From IMG/VR virus record IMGVR_UViG_3300044701_002789, positions 62,001 to 126,000 of that record: a stretch of DNA of 64,000 bases. The stretch is one strand, 5' to 3'. Shown here piece by piece: positions 56,201 through 64,000 of this stretch (position 1 is the stretch's first letter; every line of letters begins with the position of its first letter). A program made the translations under genes and the position numbers. The notes under the pieces are model-generated. The model did no database searches, had not been told where the DNA came from, and saw only the letters and a program-made list of their open reading frames with translations.

Positions 56201-59200
56201 AATCAGCCTCATTCCAGCAGAAATTGATCCAAAATAATTTGTTTCTGATGGCATCTGTAATGATCTAGTATCTACATTTAATACTGTAGATGACTCACTA
56301 TAATCCTCTGGAAACGGACTTTGATTATAGGGATTTAATGCAAATATATCCAACTTTTGTGTGTTATTCTGATCTAGAATTTGACCAGTGGTAAAATCTA
56401 GTACAGGGATAGGATTTGTTATAAATGGAGGATTAGATCCGTCAAAAGGACCAGTTCTGTGATTTGGTTTACATAATCTAAATCTTATTTTATTAGTTAC
56501 AAAATGTGGATCACTTTCAACAGTTTCTCCAATTTCAAATTTACCAGAAATCATTTCAATTTCTAGTAATTTTGGTATTATGTATTTACTAACATCTATA
56601 CCTTCAAAGAAAGAATAGAATCTAGTAACTGGTCTCAAACCTTTTACATCAAATTCAATATTTCTACTTCTTAAAAATCTTACTGGTTCTGTATAGTTAG
56701 ATATAGATTCGGAAGTAGTTGTTGTAGTTAAAATTTCTGGAGGAATAATTATTGTTCTAGTATTACTAGTGGATTCTGTACTTGTAGTATTAACGCGATT
56801 TTCAATAATAGATCCATTATTGCCAGGAACAAATCTAATAGATAATGATCTAGCAGTTGATCTACCAATCTCAGTTAAGAAATTATTTGCAGCATCAGTG
56901 GGCAATAGTCTTCTTATTAGTTCTCTGTCAGCATCTGTTACACGATCTCTAATCACTGCTAAATTAATAATATCAGAACCCACTAAATTTTGAACATTAT
57001 TTGAAAAAATTCTTGAATTTAGATCTGGTCTAAAATCTATATCAATTCCACCAATTCTTCTAATTCCAGTAAGTATGTTTCTAGCATTTGTAATCCAATC
57101 AAAAGGAGGTATTCCAGTTTGTGGTAATGGCGGATTAGTCCACACTTCTCTGTTGACTACAACATTTTGAACCCTTGTTATATTTTCATCGGGCAAAGGT
57201 TCTTGATTATTGACAACTTCATTAAAACTTGTAGTATTGATTGTTCTTTCTTCAACCCAACTATCAATTGGAGGATTTAATTCAATAAGACCTGACCAAT
57301 ATTTTACTAAAAATGGAGTAACACTTTCAGTTTTAGATGCATATGGTTGCTCAAAATATTGAATATTATTATAATTTAATGTAATTAAATCGCCAGTTTT
57401 TCTTATTCCAGGAGAACCTAAATCAGATACATAACTTTGATCCTTATTTGGTTCATAAGTTGTCCCAATACCTTCAATGACCTCAGAACCTAACTGTAAA
57501 TCAATTGAAGTAGTATAATGTAGAGGTCTTAGAGTATTTGTGCTAGTGTCAATGCAAGTTCTAAAACTCGGATTCTGTAAATCATGATATTCATGGGAAT
57601 TAAAATTATCTACAAAAAATCCAGATTTAAATCTATCTAGACCTGTTTCTACATCACGAATAGTGAAATTTTCCGTCTTACTTTCCAACATAGAAAGTGT
57701 GGTAAATTTTTCAACCCTTTCAATTCTATCTTCCAATAAAGATATATCTTGCATTCTATATCTCTTATGGACAGACATATCCACATTTATATTTTTGGCA
57801 TTATAAACATAAGGTGGAATGTAGATAGTTGCAATATCAAATGCATTTGATTTCAATGGTGGTGGAACTGGATTTTCTGAAGGAATTCCCTCAGAAACCT
57901 CAAAAGTTCCATCTGAATTGAGATACACTCTATCAATTCTACCCAAATAGTAAGAATATGATATTACGATATTCTCATCTGGACAAAGAGGATACTTAGA
58001 ATATTGACCAGAGTTATCAAAATTTCTTGAATCAAATTCAAAAGGTGACTTGGTTGATAAAACATAAGGGGCAACGCGAGGTCTTATGTCAATATAATCA
58101 GTAAGTCTTGAATTTTGATAATATGAAATATCATGTTTAAATAAATTTTCTGCATAACTATTTGCAGTTACAAATTCTCCAGTATCTAAAGAATCTATGG
58201 TATAATTTTGAAATACTATTTTTAGTTTTTTCTTAGGTTCTTCAACATTTTTCTTTCTTACAATTCTACTATAATCGTAGATAGTATCTCTTTGTCCATC
58301 ATCAAGTAGATAATTTTGAGTTATATTTTTACTACCATTGAAGAGTTGGGAAACTGTTGATCTAGTATTAGATTCTTTACCAACTATAGTTTCATTTTCT
58401 GCAAATTGGAAAGTATTTAAATAAACATACTCTAAAGAATCTGAATCTATTTTACTTACGACAATTGCAACTGATCCAGTTGTTTCTCCAATAATTTGCT
58501 CTCCAATTATAAAATTTTGATTATTTACCAATGGATTGGTAAATGATGTCAATTTAACCCTTGGAAGAAATGGATCTTCTATTCCATTTGATTCATAAAT
58601 TCCGATAACGCGGATAACATCACAAACATTTAATGAAATTTCGTCATCTTGAACCCTCGTTCCATAAGGAATTCTGTATGAAAGACCATCATTTAAAGTA
58701 GTAGTTCCGATACCCGAAGAATTATATTTTGACCCATCAACGATTAAAGTAGAAACTTTGTTTAACTTTTTAATTTTAGAAGTAGGTTTTAAGTTTATTA
58801 TAGTGGTTATAATATCCGCAGTTCCACTGGATTTGGTCAATCCTCTAAACGTTAATATTTTTCCGGTGGTATCCAAATCATATTTGTCTCTTCTTATGGG
58901 TTCAATAGAACCATCAGAGTAAGTTATAACAAATCTATCTTCGTCAAATGAATCAAAAAATATATCTTTTTCTATAGAATCTATAGTTACACTTATTGTA
59001 CTATTAGAATTTACTGAAACATCTTTGTATATTCTTCTTTGCTTTAACTCACCATCATCAAAATTTATAGAAGAAATATTAGATTGATTTAATCTAGTTA
59101 ATAATGAAGAATTTTCAGAACTCAAAATAGAGGATATTTTTAATACATTTGTCACTTCAAATGTTCCCGTAGTCAAAGTTCCATTACAAACTCCAGAAAC

Positions 59201-61099
59201 TGAAATGATACTAGATACTGTAAAGTTTGTTCCGCCAGCACCAACATTAGTTACTACATTATAAATTGGATCTCCACTAAAACTTGTGCCTGTGTATGAA
59301 ATTATATCACCAATTTTTATAGTATTTGTGAATGTATTCTCTAAACCAGCAGAAACTACACCATTATTAAATCTAAATGTTGTGCCCGGTTTTGCAATAT
59401 AAGATTTTTTATCTAATACTGTGTCACAATTAAATATTTTTCCATCAATATTTGAGTATATAGATTTAATATCATTTATTGAATAATCAGTAACTTCATT
59501 TATTAATCTACTATCTTCTATACTATCTATGATAATAGGTTCATTTTCTAAGAAATTTCCAGAAACATTATATAAAGTTAGAATTTTACTACCAATAGAA
59601 AGATTTTCCGTCAAGTAACCAGATGCATTACTTCGTTTACCTTTAATATGAGTAGATTTTGAGAGGATAGAACTAAATCCGGCAGTTAAACCAATTTTAG
59701 TGTAAGTTTGAATATCAAATAAACGCAAACTTAATCTACTGGTGTTATCAACATAATCACTTTCTGGAACAAAATCATATACTCTTGCTACTCCTATTTC
59801 ATCGCCTGCTGCTACAGATTTATTTAAACCAAGTCTAGAATTGTTAAGACTTACTGTTGCATCCGTCCCTAACCCTATTGCAGCGGATCCGTAGATATTA
59901 TTAACTACGACTAGAGATCCCGCATTGTATGGGATTACTTGATTCTGTAAGGTTTTTGTTGTTCTAGGTTTCTTGACATCAAGTAATCTTGCTGATATAG
60001 TTTCTACATCATACCCATTAACATACGCCTTTCCAGGTCCAATCTGATATACCATCATATCTTCTGATGGTATATTTCCATTTATTGTTTGCTGACCTTC
60101 AAAGTAAATACCATTACTTAGCACCCTATCGTTTAAACTGTCTCTAACAAATAATGTGAATGGTTTTACAAAATAATTTCCAGACTCATCAAAAGTTCTT
60201 TTTGCTAATTCGTCCCTAATTAAGTTATATTGAACATTTGTATTAAAAAATTCTGGTATACCGTTGCTTACTCTTAATAGTTCTACAAAATTAGATGTTT
60301 CAAGGTCATTTAGATCTCTTTTATCTAAGACCAATTCCATTGAAAATCTATCTGCACCAGGGGCGGCATAATTATTAAACCCTTGAGCATTATCCGATAG
60401 AGATTCATCTTGATTTTGATTTACAATACTTTCTATTACATTAAAACCAACTTTATATGATGGGTTTAATGAGTATTGATCAAGTAATATAAACTGTGGC
60501 GATACTCTTGCAAAAATTCCGCGAACAAAATAAATTCCAGAAGCAATGGATACTCCAGATGCTCTAGAAGTTCTAATAACATTAGCAACTCCTTGACCAG
60601 CAGGTATAGAGAAAGACAACTCACCATATGAGAGACTAGACTCTAATACTAATGTTTCACCATCCTGAAATATTTTGTTTTCAAAATTACTTCCACCACT
60701 TTCCAAATATTTAACATAAAGTGTATAGTTATTTCTTTCGGAATTTATATTGCTTAAAACATAAAAAATTTCAGCAGAAACGCCACTTAAGGAACCCCTT
60801 ACCTTTTTCCCAACAAGATCCTTAAAATATACTGATATTGGAATATTTCCAAATTGACTTTCAACTTCAACAGCATTGATAGGATTTTCATACCTGATTT
60901 GTCCAGGTATTACCATGGAACCTTCTTTGAAGATATGACTTCCAAAATTTTCAATCTGATTTTGTAAAATAGATTGTAAATTGGTTAACTCTCTTGCCTG
61001 TATTGGATACCCAGGTTTAAATAATACCTTATAGTAATCCTTAATTGGGTCAAAATCATCATAATAAGGAAAAACATTTAAGTTAGTTTCTTGTGGCAT
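53294..61099 (-). CDS. Very large virion structural protein (VrlC/DUF4815-type, baseplate-associated)
   Basis: PYYDDF...VLFKPG.PIQARELT.LQS N-terminus; RFKSGFFVDNF; 2601 aa. Confidence 0.85.
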   Translation of the reverse strand: MPQETNLNVFPYYDDFDPIKDYYKVLFKPGYPIQARELTNLQSILQNQIENFGSHIFKEGSMVIPGQIRYENPINAVEVESQFGNIPISVYFKDLVGKKVRGSLSGVSAEIFYVLSNINSERNNYTLYVKYLESGGSNFENKIFQDGETLVLESSLSYGELSFSIPAGQGVANVIRTSRASGVSIASGIYFVRGIFARVSPQFILLDQYSLNPSYKVGFNVIESIVNQNQDESLSDNAQGFNNYAAPGADRFSMELVLDKRDLNDLETSNFVELLRVSNGIPEFFNTNVQYNLIRDELAKRTFDESGNYFVKPFTLFVRDSLNDRVLSNGIYFEGQQTINGNIPSEDMMVYQIGPGKAYVNGYDVETISARLLDVKKPRTTKTLQNQVIPYNAGSLVVVNNIYGSAAIGLGTDATVSLNNSRLGLNKSVAAGDEIGVARVYDFVPESDYVDNTSRLSLRLFDIQTYTKIGLTAGFSSILSKSTHIKGKRSNASGYLTENLSIGSKILTLYNVSGNFLENEPIIIDSIEDSRLINEVTDYSINDIKSIYSNIDGKIFNCDTVLDKKSYIAKPGTTFRFNNGVVSAGLENTFTNTIKIGDIISYTGTSFSGDPIYNVVTNVGAGGTNFTVSSIISVSGVCNGTLTTGTFEVTNVLKISSILSSENSSLLTRLNQSNISSINFDDGELKQRRIYKDVSVNSNSTISVTIDSIEKDIFFDSFDEDRFVITYSDGSIEPIRRDKYDLDTTGKILTFRGLTKSSGTADIITTIINLKPTSKIKKLNKVSTLIVDGSKYNSSGIGTTTLNDGLSYRIPYGTRVQDDEISLNVCDVIRVIGIYESNGIEDPFLPRVKLTSFTNPLVNNQNFIIGEQIIGETTGSVAIVVSKIDSDSLEYVYLNTFQFAENETIVGKESNTRSTVSQLFNGSKNITQNYLLDDGQRDTIYDYSRIVRKKNVEEPKKKLKIVFQNYTIDSLDTGEFVTANSYAENLFKHDISYYQNSRLTDYIDIRPRVAPYVLSTKSPFEFDSRNFDNSGQYSKYPLCPDENIVISYSYYLGRIDRVYLNSDGTFEVSEGIPSENPVPPPLKSNAFDIATIYIPPYVYNAKNINVDMSVHKRYRMQDISLLEDRIERVEKFTTLSMLESKTENFTIRDVETGLDRFKSGFFVDNFNSHEYHDLQNPSFRTCIDTSTNTLRPLHYTTSIDLQLGSEVIEGIGTTYEPNKDQSYVSDLGSPGIRKTGDLITLNYNNIQYFEQPYASKTESVTPFLVKYWSGLIELNPPIDSWVEERTINTTSFNEVVNNQEPLPDENITRVQNVVVNREVWTNPPLPQTGIPPFDWITNARNILTGIRRIGGIDIDFRPDLNSRIFSNNVQNLVGSDIINLAVIRDRVTDADRELIRRLLPTDAANNFLTEIGRSTARSLSIRFVPGNNGSIIENRVNTTSTESTSNTRTIIIPPEILTTTTTSESISNYTEPVRFLRSRNIEFDVKGLRPVTRFYSFFEGIDVSKYIIPKLLEIEMISGKFEIGETVESDPHFVTNKIRFRLCKPNHRTGPFDGSNPPFITNPIPVLDFTTGQILDQNNTQKLDIFALNPYNQSPFPEDYSESSTVLNVDTRSLQMPSETNYFGSISAGMRLIGKKSGAIARISNIRLVSDNQGRLIGSLFIPDPNVPGNPQWINGENTFTVIDTQSLQQISNESVNESSAEAEFSSSAVSNVTESNIITTRNVTIIPARNINVTTITNTTTNLTTITQRRQQTNPTFQTRVWENVDPLAQSFYVREDTGIFLTAVDVFFETKDDSIPVTLQIRTMSGGVPSNVVIPFSEVTYTPDKIEVSSNGSVATRFTFPSPVYLPGPQQLEVRQSPIASQQTSEFAVVLLSNSPQYRVFVAELGKDDIQTGIKLSAQPTLGSLFKSQNGSTWTPSQLEDLKYRLYRADFVNEGLVRFFNPTLSLKNQKITVTGENQFTTLSKKIIVGLGSTGFNQATVKPGITLKQNLATGTLVAIGGSITQSGLGVTVSQVGVGYTPTSGQFTFTNVILDTETGSGQGAVANITVNNGSISSATITNGGFGYSVGDSLIIPENNFGLNVGFGGKLTVDSISVNNSFIIDNIQGTFVSGMTTINYINSSGTEVPTGIGVTINDIIEDQYYDGLHMKIYHMNHCMHSSENYVSISDVRPSLSEVNTKLSTQIDSSTLTIPVLSNSGFETFEGKEVNTSNPGYVIIGNEIIKYTSLTGENTIFATERGIDGTQSQSYDSNVPVYKYEFNGISLRRINKVHNFTNVDKSIHAIDLNSYHIKVNMSDSEGTGTNRSNDLYFQSTEQTGRSGALLSNNIQYEALTPNIAHIIPSKTNISTRVRTTSGTSIGGNEKSFIDQGFVDIPIDQTTYFANPNIICSEINETNFLNETPGSKSFTMEFLMNSSDSRVSPVIDTIRTSAILTSNLINNPLGIGENSNYADDDSVRSLINDKHSAIYISKPIRLKIPANSLKVILTASRNEFNDMRVLYQLFRSDAENSIQYFELFPGYSNYSIDGQGIKRVVDLSKNDGSSDSFVQQSSDRSFREYEYSIDDLPDFDGFAIKLVMSSSNQATPPIISQLRAIATIKPKV

Positions 61100-61104
61100 A
61101 ACCT

Positions 61105-62679
61105 TTAGAATTGCAAAATGATTTTAATATCTTCTTTTTGATTTTTAGATCTTGTTATGGAAGGTCTATTATCTACATATATTATATTACCAGAATATTT
61201 TTTAACTTCCGGATTAGAAATTCCGTACTGAAATTCTTGACCCAAATAATATACTTTATTATTTATTTGGGTTGTAATACCGGGGGACGAAGGAGTTCCA
61301 AATTCATTATCTATTTCCAAATTGAAATTTTCACCTTGAATTATTAAACTTCCTCCTGCACCGGGAAAAGATGTAAAACTAATTTTTTTAAATCCGTAAT
61401 CTGGACTATCATTTTTAGTTTCATCATAGTTAAACCCATAAGATGATCTATCCTGCCAATACTTCAATATTCCGGTATTTCTATCATACGAAATGACTTT
61501 TCCTACAGCAGTCATTCCTGCCCCTACAGTCTGGGATATTTGACTATCTTGAGGGAAAACCGCATCTTCAATATTTCCTTTTAATTTTATTGCGGACAAA
61601 GAACTAACTTTATCATCAGTTAATAAATCTGTGGAATTATATTTTTTTGGACTTTCCACAATACCAAATCTTGAAATTTGATTTCCTACAATAAAATCTG
61701 GATTTTCGTTATCATTTTCAATTCTAGAATATAATAAGACATTAAAAGATCCAAGTTCACGATAAACGTCATGACCATGCCCACCTTTGGGTGGAATAAT
61801 AACATCAAAAATAGGAGACGAAAAGTTTGGTGTATTTGTATCTATTGATGAATTTTTTAAATTTATTGTTCCATATGTATAACCTTCACCACCATTAGAA
61901 ACTGTCACTGATTCTACTTGCGATTCATTATTAATTACAATAGTAGCAGTTGCTCCAGTACCATCACCATCAATTGGAACATTAGTGTACACCGTATCCC
62001 CAGGACCCAAATTAGATCCTCTGTCAACGATTGTTACAATTTTTAATTGTCCACTTGTTTTCGCATTTAATTTTATGGGTGAACTGGAAGTATCTTCTCC
62101 CCAATTTTTCGGGACAGGAATAAAATTAATACTATCAAATTTAATTATATCACTAGGAGGTATCGTGAATAAGTATTTCCATACATAACCATCACCACTA
62201 TCACCCGCAGATCTTGGTTCTAAATCTGAAAATGTTGGTTCATCTAAAGATGGTCTTCCTTCCGGATTTTCCGGATCTGTTCCGTTATGTAAACATATAT
62301 AAACCTTGTACTCACTATTAATTACATAAAAATTTGAATTATATAAATTTGTAGACTGTGAAGGTAAAGATAATTTTGTTCTACTGATATCATGACGATA
62401 CATGTCATAAGTTATACCAGATTCCCACGTTATTTTTCTTACAACCAAACTAACATCACTAGGTTTTATTTTTTTCAATGCGATCATTGAATCCCAATAA
62501 TCATTCTCTTGATCAAAATTGTCTTTTGGTGATGGTGGAGTTGCATCCCAATTTTCATCATAATCGGTAGCATTTGGAAGACCGATAAAAGTATAATATG
62601 ATCTATCAGTAGATATTAAATTTGAAACAAAATTTTTCGCATTTAATATCCTTAATTGGTCAGTTATAATTGCAGACAT
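61105..62679 (-). CDS. gp8: Baseplate wedge protein gp8
   Basis: YDMYRHD, VYICL, GDGYVWKYLF, SGNIIYVDNR. Confidence 0.9.
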   Translation of the reverse strand: MSAIITDQLRILNAKNFVSNLISTDRSYYTFIGLPNATDYDENWDATPPSPKDNFDQENDYWDSMIALKKIKPSDVSLVVRKITWESGITYDMYRHDISRTKLSLPSQSTNLYNSNFYVINSEYKVYICLHNGTDPENPEGRPSLDEPTFSDLEPRSAGDSGDGYVWKYLFTIPPSDIIKFDSINFIPVPKNWGEDTSSSPIKLNAKTSGQLKIVTIVDRGSNLGPGDTVYTNVPIDGDGTGATATIVINNESQVESVTVSNGGEGYTYGTINLKNSSIDTNTPNFSSPIFDVIIPPKGGHGHDVYRELGSFNVLLYSRIENDNENPDFIVGNQISRFGIVESPKKYNSTDLLTDDKVSSLSAIKLKGNIEDAVFPQDSQISQTVGAGMTAVGKVISYDRNTGILKYWQDRSSYGFNYDETKNDSPDYGFKKISFTSFPGAGGSLIIQGENFNLEIDNEFGTPSSPGITTQINNKVYYLGQEFQYGISNPEVKKYSGNIIYVDNRPSITRSKNQKEDIKIILQF

Positions 62680-62698
62680 TTTACGGTTTTTTATATAT

Positions 62699-64000
62699 TT
62701 ATGTAGTTGAATACCCGATATATTTTAATCTATTAAATCTTTGGATCACTGGAGAAGTAGATATTCCATTATATCCATAAGATATGAATTCATTTTCGGT
62801 TTTTTCAGTTGAAGAAGAAATTCTTCCCCAACTATATTCGCCATAAAAATCACTGAATCCTAATCCGGTCAAATTATTATATGAAGATACTCCAACAATT
62901 ACTTTGGCAACATATGTTATTCCAATGCCCGGAACTGATGTTTGTGCGATGGAAACTGAAGCAACTTGATAAGTATTATCTATAAAACTATTTCCTATAG
63001 ATAATACATTTCCCGATAAATCTAAAGATTTTAAACCATTACCGAGATTGGAATTTTTAACTATAAAATAATAACCAGTTTGAATACCACTAATTCCCGT
63101 TGTTGCTATCCCCACTTTTACTATATCAGTATCTCTCAAAACCGAATCTTGAGGAATGAATAAATCAAACACAATACCTGTTAATGCGGCACCAACTGAT
63201 ATTGTTGAAATTCCAGTAATAACACCAAAATCTCCTTCATATGAAATATTATCTAAAATTTCGTATTTTGGAGATGGAGACTCAAAAAGAATTTCTGGTG
63301 GTTGCATTTGATCATAACCAAACCCTCCCGTTGATATTGAAACCGAAGATACAGATCCATTTGTAATAAAAGACTGTGCTTGTGCTCTACCGGTAGTTCC
63401 CAACCCAATTGGATTGCTTATAGAAATTGATGGATCAGTGCTATACCCTATACCACCATCATTAATAATAATAGATGAAATAGTTCCTGAAGATGAAACA
63501 ATTGCTGTTGCTGCGGCAGAAGTCACAGAGTCTTGAGATATTATAATAATTTTATTTTGTGGTTTTTCATTTACCCCGTTATGGAAATATTCTTTTTCAC
63601 TATCAAAGAAAGTCTTAACACTTTCCACAAAAATGATGTCAGTACCTAATCCGACATTTTGAATTATATTTGTTGTTGGATATATGTAAGGTTCATAATA
63701 TACCCTATCTTTTCCGACATAATTTCCATTAATAATCTTATCTTCAGTTTGTTTGCACCATAAAACTGGTCTAAAACGAGTAGACTCTCTATCTATTCCT
63801 TGATCATTATAGAAGTTGGTTTTAGTAGTATCTACGTTAGTTATAGATTCTATAATTCTAGTTTTTTCTTGATATAATGGATCATCACTATTAATTGTTA
63901 GTTCATCCCCAATTTTAACAGTTTCTAAAATATCAAAATTAAATGTATCTACATTACTAGTTCCGGTGTAAAAAATTATTGAACACTTATCTTCTGGTTT
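62699..64000 (-). CDS. Baseplate wedge protein gp7-like, C-terminal part (5' end beyond the window)
   Basis: The frame is open to the window edge (KPEDKCSIIFYTG...ETVKIGDEL); ends with the YSWGRI motif; lies upstream of gp8. Confidence 0.75.
   Translation of the reverse strand, partial: KPEDKCSIIFYTGTSNVDTFNFDILETVKIGDELTINSDDPLYQEKTRIIESITNVDTTKTNFYNDQGIDRESTRFRPVLWCKQTEDKIINGNYVGKDRVYYEPYIYPTTNIIQNVGLGTDIIFVESVKTFFDSEKEYFHNGVNEKPQNKIIIISQDSVTSAAATAIVSSSGTISSIIINDGGIGYSTDPSISISNPIGLGTTGRAQAQSFITNGSVSSVSISTGGFGYDQMQPPEILFESPSPKYEILDNISYEGDFGVITGISTISVGAALTGIVFDLFIPQDSVLRDTDIVKVGIATTGISGIQTGYYFIVKNSNLGNGLKSLDLSGNVLSIGNSFIDNTYQVASVSIAQTSVPGIGITYVAKVIVGVSSYNNLTGLGFSDFYGEYSWGRISSSTEKTENEFISYGYNGISTSPVIQRFNRLKYIGYSTT

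Noticed and set aside
377-57000. Numerous plus-strand ORFs of 60-184 aa in the ORF track (e.g. 5199-5645, 26686-27159, 37341-37895)
   Set aside because: Antisense shadows of well-supported minus-strand genes, with no recognisable motifs
63628-63628. GTG at 63628 as the start of the last gene
   Set aside because: The frame stays open to the window edge, so the gene is truncated by the window

Overview
A 64-kb segment of a T4-like cyanophage (myovirus; AT-rich, probably infecting freshwater Synechococcus/Cyanobium, inferred from gene content and order). Almost everything is on the minus strand. Read right to left it contains: baseplate genes (partial gp7, gp8, a 2601-aa VrlC/DUF4815-type protein); neck, tail and head genes (gp13-gp23, gp3); recombination and late-transcription genes (uvsY, uvsW, gp55, gp47, gp46); a CobS-like AAA+/VWA pair; the replisome (gp45, gp44, gp62, regA, gp43, uvsX, gp41, gp61); hsp20, mazG and nrdAB; two secreted cell-wall hydrolases; a histone Hc1-like gene; and three tRNAs. 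sigma70-type promoters, gp55 late promoters (TATAAATA family) and intrinsic terminators are readable throughout. Six small genes missed by the ORF track or mis-started in it were recovered by hand. The most unusual items are: (1) a phage tRNA, most likely Ile(UAU), with a structured 47-nt insertion inside its anticodon; (2) a ROSE-like RNA thermometer in the hsp20 leader; (3) a family of putative capsid-targeted, Glu-cleavable internal proteins; (4) an NblA-like 54-aa gene among the neck genes; (5) a DUF4338 (DruA/Mom-like) gene splitting the clamp-loader pair; (6) a basic 50-aa late ORF whose terminator precedes its stop codon; (7) two homologous antisense promoter elements. All family assignments come from motif recognition and synteny; no database searches were run.
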